From Trichoplax sp. H2 (lineage: Eukaryota): a stretch of 64,000 nucleotides of DNA. The position numbers and the translations under genes were made by a program. Of the stretch, positions 28,321-41,200 are shown one piece after another. The stretch's first letter is position 1. The number at the start of each line of letters is the position of its first letter. The DNA is taken from NCBI GenBank assembly GCA_003344405.1, contig NOWV01000024.1, forward strand, positions 620,001-684,000, in the 5' to 3' direction. Under the pieces are notes generated by a model. That model was given only the letters and a program-made list of their open reading frames with translations. It ran no database searches and was not told the origin of the DNA.

Positions 28321-31300
28321 ATATGATCTTAAAGGGTGAAAAATTCAGACAGACGTTTGTAATTAGGCGAAATTAATTAAAAGATTGGTTTTGAATTAGT
28401 ACTTTTAGTCAAATTTATAAAAAATAATCACTCAATGTAGGGGAAAGAAGGAAGGAAGGAATAAATACTGTTGAAAATCTTTAAAATCAAATGTAATTTG
28501 AAGTCGCCAATTGAAATTAGTCAAGTCTGCTGCTTGATCAATAATAACAACAGCTTTTCCAACAATAACACCATTTCTAATTGGGTGGATTGAAAGGGTA
28601 CAATAACAACTTATTGATAAATGATTATAAAGTAGGTGTAGTTTTCAGTTTGATAAGCAATAGCCATCATAAAATTTTAATTAGACTGTTTAAGAAAGAC
28701 TAGGAAAGGGATGAGGCGTAATCACCTTTTCAAATTGCTATCGCGGTGATATAATTTGTAATAGACAAGAAAGCAGTATTCTATTAGGGTTACATAGTCC
28801 ATTACACGATGGTAAATGATGCCCTTCGTTTTCCATGCTATTCATAAACAGGAATAATTTTATAATATTTTTATCATGTACGATAGTATAATTAGGCTAT
28901 TCTAAGTGCAATACTATTGATTAATAGATCGAATTGTGTTTCTCAAGACAGAAATTACACTTTTCTAATCTTGTAAATCAGCCAGGGCTTGGATTTAGTA
29001 ATATTGATAATTATATATGAATAGCTTTATATCGATATCTCAACATTTACTAAATAACAATCGCTTCTGTGACTATCAGGACATCTATAATATTGCTTGA
29101 TTTTTATAATTTTTGTAAACCTTCTATGCCCTAATTGCACGGAATTTTCTTAACTGTTTTTTTATAATTTATGGTATTGGTGGAATTGATGGTAGCAAAA
29201 TCTAAAATGGAATAGATTTATGGCAGTTCCTATAACACTGACTAAAAATGAGATATGAAAGAGAATTAAGCAACTCCTTCCCAGATTACATTAAATTTTT
29301 TTGTAAGGATAATTCCCAAGCAGTAAGAAAAAGTGAGAAAAGATTTAATCTTCATCTATAAACTATTAAGTAGGGCAGCTTTACGTCTTGAATTTATCAA
29401 AATCGCGCATTGTAAACTGAAATTTTAACTTCGATTATGGCTAAAATGTGTAATTAAATTAATTTAAACAAGATAGCTTAAAAGAAATTTTGTAATTCCT
29501 TTCCAGTTTAAATTGCATAGGTTATTACTACAGTATTAGGTCATAACAAAGGAAGACATCTAAGTAGTTCAGAACGAGTAAGATTAATACCAAAGATATC
29601 AATTTAATCCAAAATCTGAAATTTCTAATAATTTAAAGTATAAATATCTAATGTTTGATAGCGAAAGAAATCAAGGTTGACAAGAATTAGGCTCCGATTG
29701 ACCTAATGAAATTTTTTGAAGAGGATAAACTGAAAGAGCTTTCATATCGGTATTTCTAGATTATATTTATTATCATAGCAATAAAACGAAAATGAGCGGT
29801 AATAAAACAATACCTGAAAAATTCTCCACAAATGCATGAATTTAATCTCGAAATTTCCAAAGAATAAACTGACTTGAGCATCGGGATATACTTGTATATT
29901 GCTGGAAATCTTGCAGTGCAAGCAACCTGTAATGATAAAACTCGGGTCAATATAATATAGTAATAATGTTAATGTAAAAGGTGGCATTACATTTTTATAC
30001 TGCTACGATTACAATATTTAGCATCAAGAGATATAATATAAAGATTTACCGAAGACTCATGATGATGTCATAGACGGTATCAAGAATTTATTTCGTAGCA
30101 ACTTAAATAAAATTTATTTAACTAACAACATACTACATTTATTTTTCCTGGACCGAATCAATAAGTATAAAGAAACATACCGTGGATATCATTCAGTAAC
30201 CCATGACGACTAATAAGATTATGATATCAAGTGAATCAATCTGGAAAGAAATAATCAAGTTGATAGAGATGAAGCTTCTTAAAGTTGCATGGATTAGGAC
30301 AGAGAGAATTCAGCAAATTGGAATATTTCCAATAACAATTAATATAAATGTGGAAGCAGATGAATTGATCGGTTTATCGAATAAAATAGAAATAGTGAAG
30401 GGAACATATTGTATACGTATACCCTATAGGAGAAGATACAATTTTATGCCAACGATGGCTCGTTAAACAAGTAACAGAAAGCATAATGATTACTAATGGC
30501 TTATTATTGAACTTCTAATTTGATGCTACTCAATGTTTCTGTAAATTATATTCTTTTCTTATTCATTTGGATTTAATCAAATACATGTCTAGATTAAATA
30601 AAATTCCACTTAACTCGTAAGTGATAGGACAGCGTCGCTAATTAATACGGTAGCTATTATATTAATATGCTAATCATTCTTAAATAGATCAAAATATCAA
30701 GTGCTACTACAATTGTTGGAAAGGAAGGGATGAGATTGGATGAAGAATTAGTAATTAAATTGTTTGATGTATATATATGTAGAACTGGAAGTGTTAGTAA
30801 GATTTGAATAAATGATAACAGCGTCTATAGACGCAAAATGGCAACGAATTGAAAAGTAGACGGAAGTTGGCCTATTCAAACGCCTAAAAATTATCGACAA
30901 AAGCTAGATATAAAGCACTTGTAGTGTCAAAAGAATGCAATTTATAATTTAATGTTGTGTTGAACTAATATTAGTCTGATTTAAATTATTCAGGTGATTA
31001 CGGGTAGCAACTCACCTACTAAGCATGTTAATTATATCTTGTATAAATTCGTTTGTTAGGCTTCGTTATATAAGTCATGGGATAATGATGGCATACTGCA
31101 ATAAGATTTCATAGTCAGATTAATACAAATATAAACAGGATTATTGATCCGTAGTTTACCTAACCATTTCAGTAAATCTTGCTATTTTAGCCCAAATTTT
31201 CAAAAATTATACAAACTCTGGTGTAGATATGAATTAGTTTAAATGAATAGGTTATTAAATCATAGTCTATAATTGCTTTATTAAGCATAACTGACAATTC

Positions 31301-34300
31301 TCCATAAAGTGCTATATTTCATATTACTATCATGCTTTTAGAATACAACTACTTTAATTAGCTAAAATCAATACATTTTTAATTTGCTATTTTTACTTAA
31401 TTCTATCGGATTAAAGACATATCGTTGCATATAAAATTTAATGTGCCCTTTCGATTTGTTCCGAATTATGAACTGCTTCGTCTAATTTGTTATTATATAA
31501 TTCACTATCTTGCAATTAAATTTCAGTAATACAGGGTTAAATATTTGCATAATTGGATAATTAGTCATTAGGATACTCAAAAACTAGTAGAATTACAAGC
31601 AAAAATCTTGCAAACGTTTATTACTTTCACTTATAATAAGATTAAAAAATATTTTCGAATTCAATCTACATGAAAAGCAAAAGATTAATTATATTTATTA
31701 GCCGAGGGCTATCTTTATACTAAATACTTAACCAATGATACGCTCCGGTGTTTTAATCTATTATAAAATATTCGGTTATCTTCGTAATCGAGAATATGGA
31801 CCATTATTACTTAACTAAACTTGCCTAATCTAAACTAATTAGATTTTCCTAGATAAGTAACAATAATTAAGAAATGCACTTTCGGAATCTTCTAACTATA
31901 TCTTTATTCTATAAAATACAAGTCTAATTTAATATTCAAAATCAATCATTTAAATAGCTTTTCTAGCCATAAAACCGGTTTGCGATGTGTGATATATTTC
32001 GACCAATAAGACTTCGTGAATACATTAAATTATTTCTAGTCTAATCCAATGAATTTTTAATATTACTATAGACTAATTATGTTTTCTCTAGCTTATAATT
32101 AATAAAATTTATATTGAATTTACCATTGACAATTCATATACTATATTTAGTATAATTTAATCGGTATTAGGAACAGGTTTGTATCGGCTATATTAAGACG
32201 TAAAATAATTCATGCACATACCCAAATTAATAACTATCTTATCGTGATACATATGCATGTCTAAATTAAGTAAGATATCATTCATCACGGTAGATTCACT
32301 ACCGTGACAGACTATATACGTATATGGCTAGATATTAAACGATATTAGTATTCCAATATTAATTTGATTTGATGAAACCTGATATTGGGTAGAAAATAAA
32401 TAATTAAAAAGTCTTGAGATTCTATTTCTAAGAGATAGAAAACTGACTACCATTTAGGAATCAACATATTGTATTGTACATACTAACTGTACAGTAGTGC
32501 GTATATTAATTACTTGTATAAATTTTACAGCAAATGTGAAACCAAGTAAACTTCGTATATGTTACGGATCAATGCTATTATCTTTACGATTTGTGTTCCG
32601 AGAGTAGCTGGTAAAAATTAATCTTTTTATTCATCAAGTTGTGCTTATATACTTCTACTAATAACACAACATGCCATCATGATACGCGAACTTCTCTATC
32701 TAAATTTAGGACTATGATTTAAGCTATGCTGTCTCATATAATAAAATCTTACACAGCCATATTAAGAGTTACACACAATTATACATTAATATCAAATCTC
32801 ACTCATCTAACTTACTGTATAGTTGTAATTACTTAATCTTTAAAATACTGTGTATATCATCATACACTAATTACTAGTATAAATCTTGCAGTAAATTCCA
32901 ATTGAACTGTGCATATTATTTTATTGCAGATTATTTTACAGAAATACGTATACTACCTGTAATTAATAGAATAATATTTATAGTAGATGTGGATTGAACT
33001 ACATATTCAATCTTATTACAGATTGGTTTCAATTTTCGATTTCACTTTAATCTTTATTGTAGAGTTAAGCTAAATCTTAGCTGGCGTGTAATATCATTAG
33101 AGAACAAGGAAAAAGTAATTAGAGTAGTGGTAATGAAGACATATAAATTGCAAAACAAGTTGTATTGAAATTCTTGCAGATAATTTCAGTTGGTCTAATT
33201 TACATTACATATTGTAATTAATATAAGTGCTACACAATTTCATAAATCTGCAATGATTTTTAAGCTTTTTGTTAAAGATTTCTATAAGTTTTTACTTCAA
33301 AGTCAAAACAGTAAATTTGGAAGTAGCGGTACTTTAAGTTTTAAACCATAAACAATCTCAGTGCAAAAGAAAATCAATGTCATCATGGATGAATGTAAAC
33401 TACAATCACCTTGTACAACAAAAGGGTAGATAAATTATGTGCTTATCCTGCGTTTTTGTTTTTTAATTTCTTTCGGGCTGGGAGGCTTTATCTATGAGTA
33501 TATTATAAATTAGTATATGGTAACAGTACATTGGAAATAGATTGTCATTGATGCTGACTAATTGTTTTCATCTAACCCTTCAGAGTATCTTTTTATTAAT
33601 AGCATAGGAATGATAATAGAAGAGAAAAATGTCAATATTATTAGTAATATGTATAATTAACTAGCCAGGTGCATAAGCCAATTGCAGATTGTTTTTTCCT
33701 CGCCAATCAACTTACTATTGTTCACTTTAAATTGATTTGGTTGTACTTTAGACTTTTCCAAATTTTTATCCATTCAAATAAACAAAAATAACAAACAACA
33801 ACAATGAAAAAATAAGAATACCTAAGAACAAAAATAAATTCATAATATTGCAACGACAAATGGATGTTGATCTAATTGTTATGACATAATTCCTAGCGTA
33901 TTTTCCTCAAAAATTGGCAACTGATCGAACGTTAGATGATAGTAATGCAGCTAAATCAAGTTTAGCAGATTGCCGATGGCATGAAATATGCATACACAAG
34001 GGTAAAATTAAATGCAAAATGTAAAGGAATTATCATTTGAGATGGATTATTGAATTAACTCGGCTAAATGTAACCTACATTCAGTGACTAGAAAAGGAAT
34101 AAGAATTATTTTTTTGTCTCTTAAAATGAATTAGAACATAGTAGAGACCATCGATTATTTTAAAACCAATTTAATTTGTCAAATTTATTCGTAATATTGC
34201 ATTAAGAAATTCGTTATTGGATCTTTATTAAGTGGTGTAGGCGATTATTGAATGTGTTCGTGCCATAAACTTACTCTTGCGAACTGACTCAATAGTTACA

Positions 34301-37009
34301 GTTGATATTATCGTATTGAGTCAAAACTATTTTATTAATGCTACTATATGGTAGAGAAGATTATCTGCAAAGTACGGTGAATTGTAAATAACGTACTGAG
34401 CTAGCATTTGCTTGCTCTTTCTTATAGATTCTTGCTGTAGTCTGGCGGTGCAAATTTGCCTGTCGTCTAATATCATCGATTAACTAATCTCAAATCTCTA
34501 TCAAAGATGAGCAATGCAATCTAAATGAATTATCAAAATTTACGTCGTACAGAGATAACTTTAGAACAGTTCATAAGCCATCGGATATACTTTCTGTTAT
34601 ATCGATTTAATAAACAATCCTAAGCTATTCAATCTAATTTAAAAATCGAATTCTCATAAATATTATTTGCTATTGAATTTAGTTTGCTAACAACTATTCG
34701 TAGTCAACAATGCCTAATATTGGTAAGCAAGCTTCTTTTCATATTAGTATCGCTACTAGATCTATTATTAGAAACTCAACTATATCAAAAATAGCCGCCT
34801 ACACGATCAAATTTGCAGTGATTCACGTAGTATCACCAAAATACAAAAGATATTTCTTGGATATCGTTTGAATAATTATCATCGGATAATATATGTTACT
34901 AGTAAAGGTATTAATGGCAGCCTTCTCCTAGAATATATATTCTAATATTAATACCTCTTGATTATTTTGTATAATGAAGCCCTTAAGGTAACGTAATTAT
35001 GTAGTGATAGCTGAATACATATGATAATGTAATCATAAAATCAAGCAAAGACTAGAAAGCATTTTATCTAAACTTTGAATAGCGTTAAGCCCCTAGATGC
35101 TGTTGTTAATTAAATAATAAACGTTAATTCCCCTAGATCGTTTACTGGCTGTACACACATACGATTTGGAAGCATTTCTTTCTGGGCTATTTTAAATAAT
35201 AGAAACCCTCATGGATATGGTCATTAATGTGATAGATAGTAATCTGCGAATACATTTACCGTATACTCATTGAATACAGTACATAGAATAGCACAGCATC
35301 CATTTCTTTCGATACTGCTTTAAATAATGAAAATCCTCCTCATGTATTATGTTATTAAATAGATAACGACGAAATACAGTAATTTTTGATATGATTATAG
35401 ACAAATACATTATCAGAAAACATAATTCTATCTGAGTTAAGTTGAATAGTGTGGCCGTTGACTTGATATTTAGTTATGATCAGGGGATACATTTGATGAT
35501 TTACTCGGAAAGTCTGTAAGAAATTGGTAAACATATTTCTTTCTGGGCAGAGTTTGAACATGAAAACCTTCATAGACATTGCTGGTATTGAATAGAAAAT
35601 GATCAGCGAACAAATTTGCTAGGGAATCTGTAAATAAATATAATACAAGGAAATTTCCTTTCTAAACTATTCAAGATAGTAACAATATTGTTAGTAAATA
35701 GACAATAAAATTTGAACATATTTGGTAATACACATAACAAGAAAATGCGTTCTATCAGGAAGCTTATTCCATCCGAGGTTATTTTGGATATACAAATTCT
35801 TAATAGATATTGCTATTACGAAATTTAATGATCCTTGAATGATAAGTTTCATATTTGAATGATTAGAAATAGATATATTGTAAACCTAGCTGACGCCTAA
35901 TGAACATAAATTTTTTTCTATGTGATAAACAGGAGGCTTTTTATAGGATCTCTTTCATAAGAGCTGCTTCTACAAAATATGGCGCTATAATAGATTGATT
36001 TATTTGTTTTTATATTTATTTCATTCAAGATACTCTCGCGATCTATTTCAGTTATAGTCTGCACGAATTGAACGCACATAGTCAATTGTTGCATAGTTTT
36101 AGAACATATAATATCTCATTTAATCTTAATTTACGGTATCCAATTTCTATAACTTACTTTCACGGGTGCGGTGTTAATCTGATCGATTATAATTCACTCA
36201 TTACAAATAGATTAGACTTTGAGAACTTTTAAAAAATATTATTATAAGGCCAAAATTCGATAGAACTCGCAAAGTTTCAGTACCAGATATCCAAAAAGCC
36301 AAGAAACTGTAACCCCTATAGCACTATCAATGTTAATTAATTTTTTTTAGCAGATACTTCATTTAATCATATTAAACTTAATGAAATCCCCTTTGCAAAA
36401 GTATTACAGCCACTTAAAACTGGCAATATTCAATTTAAACTATTAATTAGAGGTCTTTTTGATATGTCCTCTCATTTAAGATATTATAGATCAATTTTAA
36501 ATATTCAACAATAGTGTGATAAAACAGATCACGAAATTCCAGGAATTGTATAATATTAGATCTCTATTAGATCTTCATATGATGATAATCTGTACGTAGT
36601 TCTAATCTGGCTGAATACAACGACTAGAAAGATTTTTAGATAGCACCATCGAATAGCCTACAATTATCTGCTTATACACTCTTGGCAAATAAGAACTTTA
36701 CTTGGTCTTTATAAAAGATAATCCGTATACAGCACGATCTTAGCTGAATACAGCTATCAGAACGACTTTTATAAGGAACTACCAAATAATCTACAGTTCT
36801 TGATTATATGCTTTTCCCAAATTTTACAGCTATAATCGTTTTGGCAATATTCTACACTATTATAAAATTATTTAGGTTCTGATTAACGATACATGCTACG
36901 GCGAATTATTTACAGGTTATTCAGGTAACAGCTATAGTATTTACTATATAAAAGGTCATCTGCATTCTAGCATAGAATTCTCAATTTATGTTATATAATT
37001 ATGAGCTAA

Positions 37010-37620
37010 TACATATACTCTATGATAAATAGAGTAAGCTACGTTACCATACATACCAAACATGCCCAACAATCTACAATTCAATATTATGTTCGGTTAT
37101 ATTTAGATAACATGAAATAGTAATCAACCGCTAGATTATTGCACGCACAATTTATCATAACAGTTTCAAATCATTATTACAATATTTAATGGTTACTGGA
37201 TTCTATTTAGCGTCATATTTTTAAATTTGATCATAGGGCTGTGTGCGAAACAATTCTAAATTCTTGAATGAACTCAACTACAGTATTTATGTAGATATTC
37301 TCATCGACTAATCTCAACATTCTATTCCATATAGTAGCCAACATAAAATCTTTATTTTGGTGCATGATTTCGAACTACTATATATACTCTATCATCAATA
37401 GGGTCAGCTACGCTACCGTACATCACAATAAATGTGGCCGATAATTTTCAACCCAATGCTAAATTAGGTTACATACCTGTAAAATAAAGTTGCAATCAAC
37501 CGTTAGATTATTGTACGCACAATTTATTATCACTATTTCATACCATTTCACAGTATTTAGTGGTAATTGTATGGTTTTTGGCACAACATTTTTAAATATG
37601 ATCGTTCGGGTGTGAGCAGA
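37010..37620. repeat. Diverged direct duplication, ~370 bp offset
   Basis: atactctat..atag..agctacg.tacc.tacat at ~37015 and 37385. aatcaaccg.tagattattg.acgcacaattta at ~37122 and 37494. Confidence 0.75.
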
Positions 37621-38246
37621 GTAAATGTAATATCGCTAATGAATTCTTTTGAGTACATTTAATTAAAATCGAATTCAATTTTTACTGTTTGATTAAAATC
37701 ATATTCTAGACCTACATTTACGGATAAAATTATACAGTACACAATTAAATCAATTTCTTTATTTTACAAAATCCGTCCCAGCTTAATTTAGTAAAATGCA
37801 TGTTCCTAGCTTTATCAGTTATGATAGTACACCCATATTCTACTCGAAGAGAGATGTTTCTTAAATAATATAGAGAACATAACTGCTTTCGGCTCGTAAA
37901 ACAATGCCTGGATTAAAGGCCTAATTTAACAAAGATTATTAATTGATGTAACTTAGATAATTTCAAATAAATGGACTACTTAACATATCCTTACTATCGG
38001 CAATATAGATAAAAAATGGAACAACCGCCTAGTTAAATACACATAAACTGCAATATCACTTTAGAATAAAGTTGCTTCATTATAGTAACGTTAATAATTT
38101 TGATAATTTTTCACAGAATATTTAAGGATGACGAACTAGTACAAGGTGATAGGGAGACAACACTTTGACATAAATAAACTAAGAAATTATCATTCTTTAA
38201 TGATAGCATAATTTGATATTGTTAATTAATAAGAAATTATCTTTAA

Positions 38247-41200
38247 TTAGTTTAATGGCTGATGTTTCCGTCGTCTTGGAGTACGATAGCGACGATGAGG
38301 ATTTGCATTAGCTGATGGAGTCTTGGGTGTGGTATGAACTTCAACAGATTCTAATATTTTAGAGAAATTTTATATCATAAAATCAGTTTAATGCTCGTGT
38401 TATAGGCTAACTTTTGTACAGTTGTCGTACCACAGTTTCCATAAAATAACTTATTTAGGAATAAGTTCATATAAATTTATCTATGACGTTATATATTATA
38501 ATTTTAATAGATAAATGCATAGTTTTACATTATCATCTATGCATTAATAATTAATGTTTATATCGATTTAGAAAAGCATTTATATTAATTTATCAATGAC
38601 TTTATGCATACTTTTAATAGATAACTGCGTAGTTTCATATTATTATCTATGTGTTGACAATTAATGTTTATATCGATTTAGGAATGTGTTCATACTAATT
38701 TATCTATGGCGTTATCATACTTTTAATGAATAATTGGATAGTTTTATATTATTTATGTACTAATAATTAACATTATGTCGATTCATGAATTTGTTTATGT
38801 TAATCCCGAACGATTTGCATATATTTTATAGATAACTGCAGTTTTTAATATTATCGATGTGGTGATAACTAATGTTTATGTCGATATTTTATAAATTAAC
38901 TGATTTTCAATAAAGTTTGGATTAAACTTTGTCTGAAGAAAGAATAATGGTTATTTTCCTTTTGACGATAGCAGATTGTCAGTATTGTAGGTAGATGTCC
39001 GGCAGGACAAATCTGACAGTGGTCTCTTAATTTTACTTTTATGCTGGGTCATAGTTCTTCCGTCGTTACAAATTTGGATTTTTAGTAGCTTATTATTGTT
39101 CTTTCGACTGGAGAAAATTTACTAAATCCTTGCTTATTAGATGAATAAATGATAGCTTACCTAAACGATGAATTCGTCTAGTTTGTTGATATTTCCTTTT
39201 ACCACGGTCGTATGTAATTAACTGTTTAATTCTATCATGAATGACTTTATTGTCATCATCACTATTTTGCTCATCTTAAAGTAGATGTTATTAAACGTAA
39301 ATATAAGATTACATCGATAAAAAATATCTAACGTGACTATAAAATTAAGATAATAATATAAATAAATTATAGAATCTTTTTGGTACTAGTTAACTTACCC
39401 GATCTTACCACAGCATCTGAACTTTTAGCTTGATTTTCATCCGCTTCGATCACCGTGCTTTCAACAGGTACTGAGGTAAGATCAATACTAACAGACTTAT
39501 TCTCATCAGGAAGTTTATTTGCATGTACTTGGTAAATTGGACTATCGTGAGCACTTTTATGTCTTTCTAATCGATGATCGCCTGTGGTTCAAAATTCAAA
39601 CGAATGTAATGATAATATTTAGATGATGTTCATGCGTATGTAATAATCTACTTCTTAATTATTATTACTGGAGATTTAAATTAGTATAGAGAATTATCAA
39701 CATAGCAACCAAGATTAAGAGATTTAATTTAATGAAAGGTTGAGATTTTTAATTTCTTGATCAATACAGTACAGCGAAGCTTACAGAAAATTTTCTATGA
39801 GTAAAACTATGGATAGGTTATGAAGGTATTTACCTGTTCTTGATGCTAATCTATTATGATCTTTTGGGCAAGAAAAATATTCTTCGTCTTTAGTTAATCA
39901 AGATTTTAGATATTTAGCGACAAGATCATGAAATCTTAAGAAATTTTTATTCAGTTTCTTATTTGAAACTTTTAGTTTGATTAAATTATAATATAATTTA
40001 AACCTGTTCCCACTTTGGCTTGATTAATAACAGAATGATTGCACATATCAAGCAATTGTTGAGTCTCACTGCTTGTAAGATGGATAAATAAACCTTCATC
40101 TGGAAAAGATGAAAATTTTGAAATTAAAATTCATACAACTTGAAAAAAATTAATATATTTAGTTTGCTTAATTTATATTTACCTACTACATAAACAGAAA
40201 ATCGTGATATCGTACATATAACCTTAATTAGCATTAATTAACCTGATGGAGAATTAACCCGCGAATTCTTTTCCGATTTCGTATTTACATGGTCATCTTT
40301 TATTGAGAAGAGACTCATTTATTAATTTCTAGATTGCTGAGATTAATCAGTCTATGATATATTATACTCGAAGTCTTTCTAACATCAACTTAAAATTATA
40401 ATGCGAAACCTTTACCTTTTTGTTTAAATTATGAAATATAATTTCATTCTAACATTTTTCACTAAATAAAATCTTAAATCTTTATTGCGTATGTTTAGTA
40501 ATTTAAACTAGGTTATCACTACCTGTGATTTTGCTACCACTTGTATTATGTTTCTTAAGAGATTTAGACTTCTTTTCAGCTAAGGATATGAAATGAAAAT
40601 GCAAAATATAAATATACCACAACCACCAACAGTATTGGCTCTTTAAACGCTGCAACATTATCTTTAAAAATGACTTACCTTTACTATTGGTAGGATTATC
40701 ATGATACGATAAATTTATTAGTGAAGAGTCTTTCGATGCTTGTTTATGTTCATCCTCAAAGCTTACTATTGCCCAAGTAATATGAAATTAGATAAATAGG
40801 TTAGAGGATAGCATTATGATGATTTATATATTTAGCAATAATGTTAGTTCAGATTTTTCCATCGTTTAAGTTGTTTATGCAATGAGGAATAATAAAATTG
40901 ATCGATAGAAATAAAATTTTTCTCAAACTAACCAGTTCGCTTAGCGCGATCCTTAGAGAAACTTTGGGATTGTATATTTCTATTAATGGTCAAAGATTTC
41001 GATTTTCCTTCAGGCAGAAGACTTGCTGAGCCGGTCAAAGATTGATTAGGAAGCTTCTCTTGGTTGGCATTATCGCGTTGATAATCAGGATTTGCTTGGA
41101 TCGAGGTATCATAATCTGACATCTGTTTCAATTTTGTTAAATTCTCTGCCGATCGGTTCTTCAAAATTGTTTTGGATGCCATTTGCTTTTGGTTTGATTT

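Noticed and set aside
39083..39107. Alternative end of Eph-like A (VERTIISY*) via a 54-nt intron or read-through
   Set aside because: The intron would be shorter than others here, and 38350-38247 looks more exon-like. Not excluded as a minor isoform.
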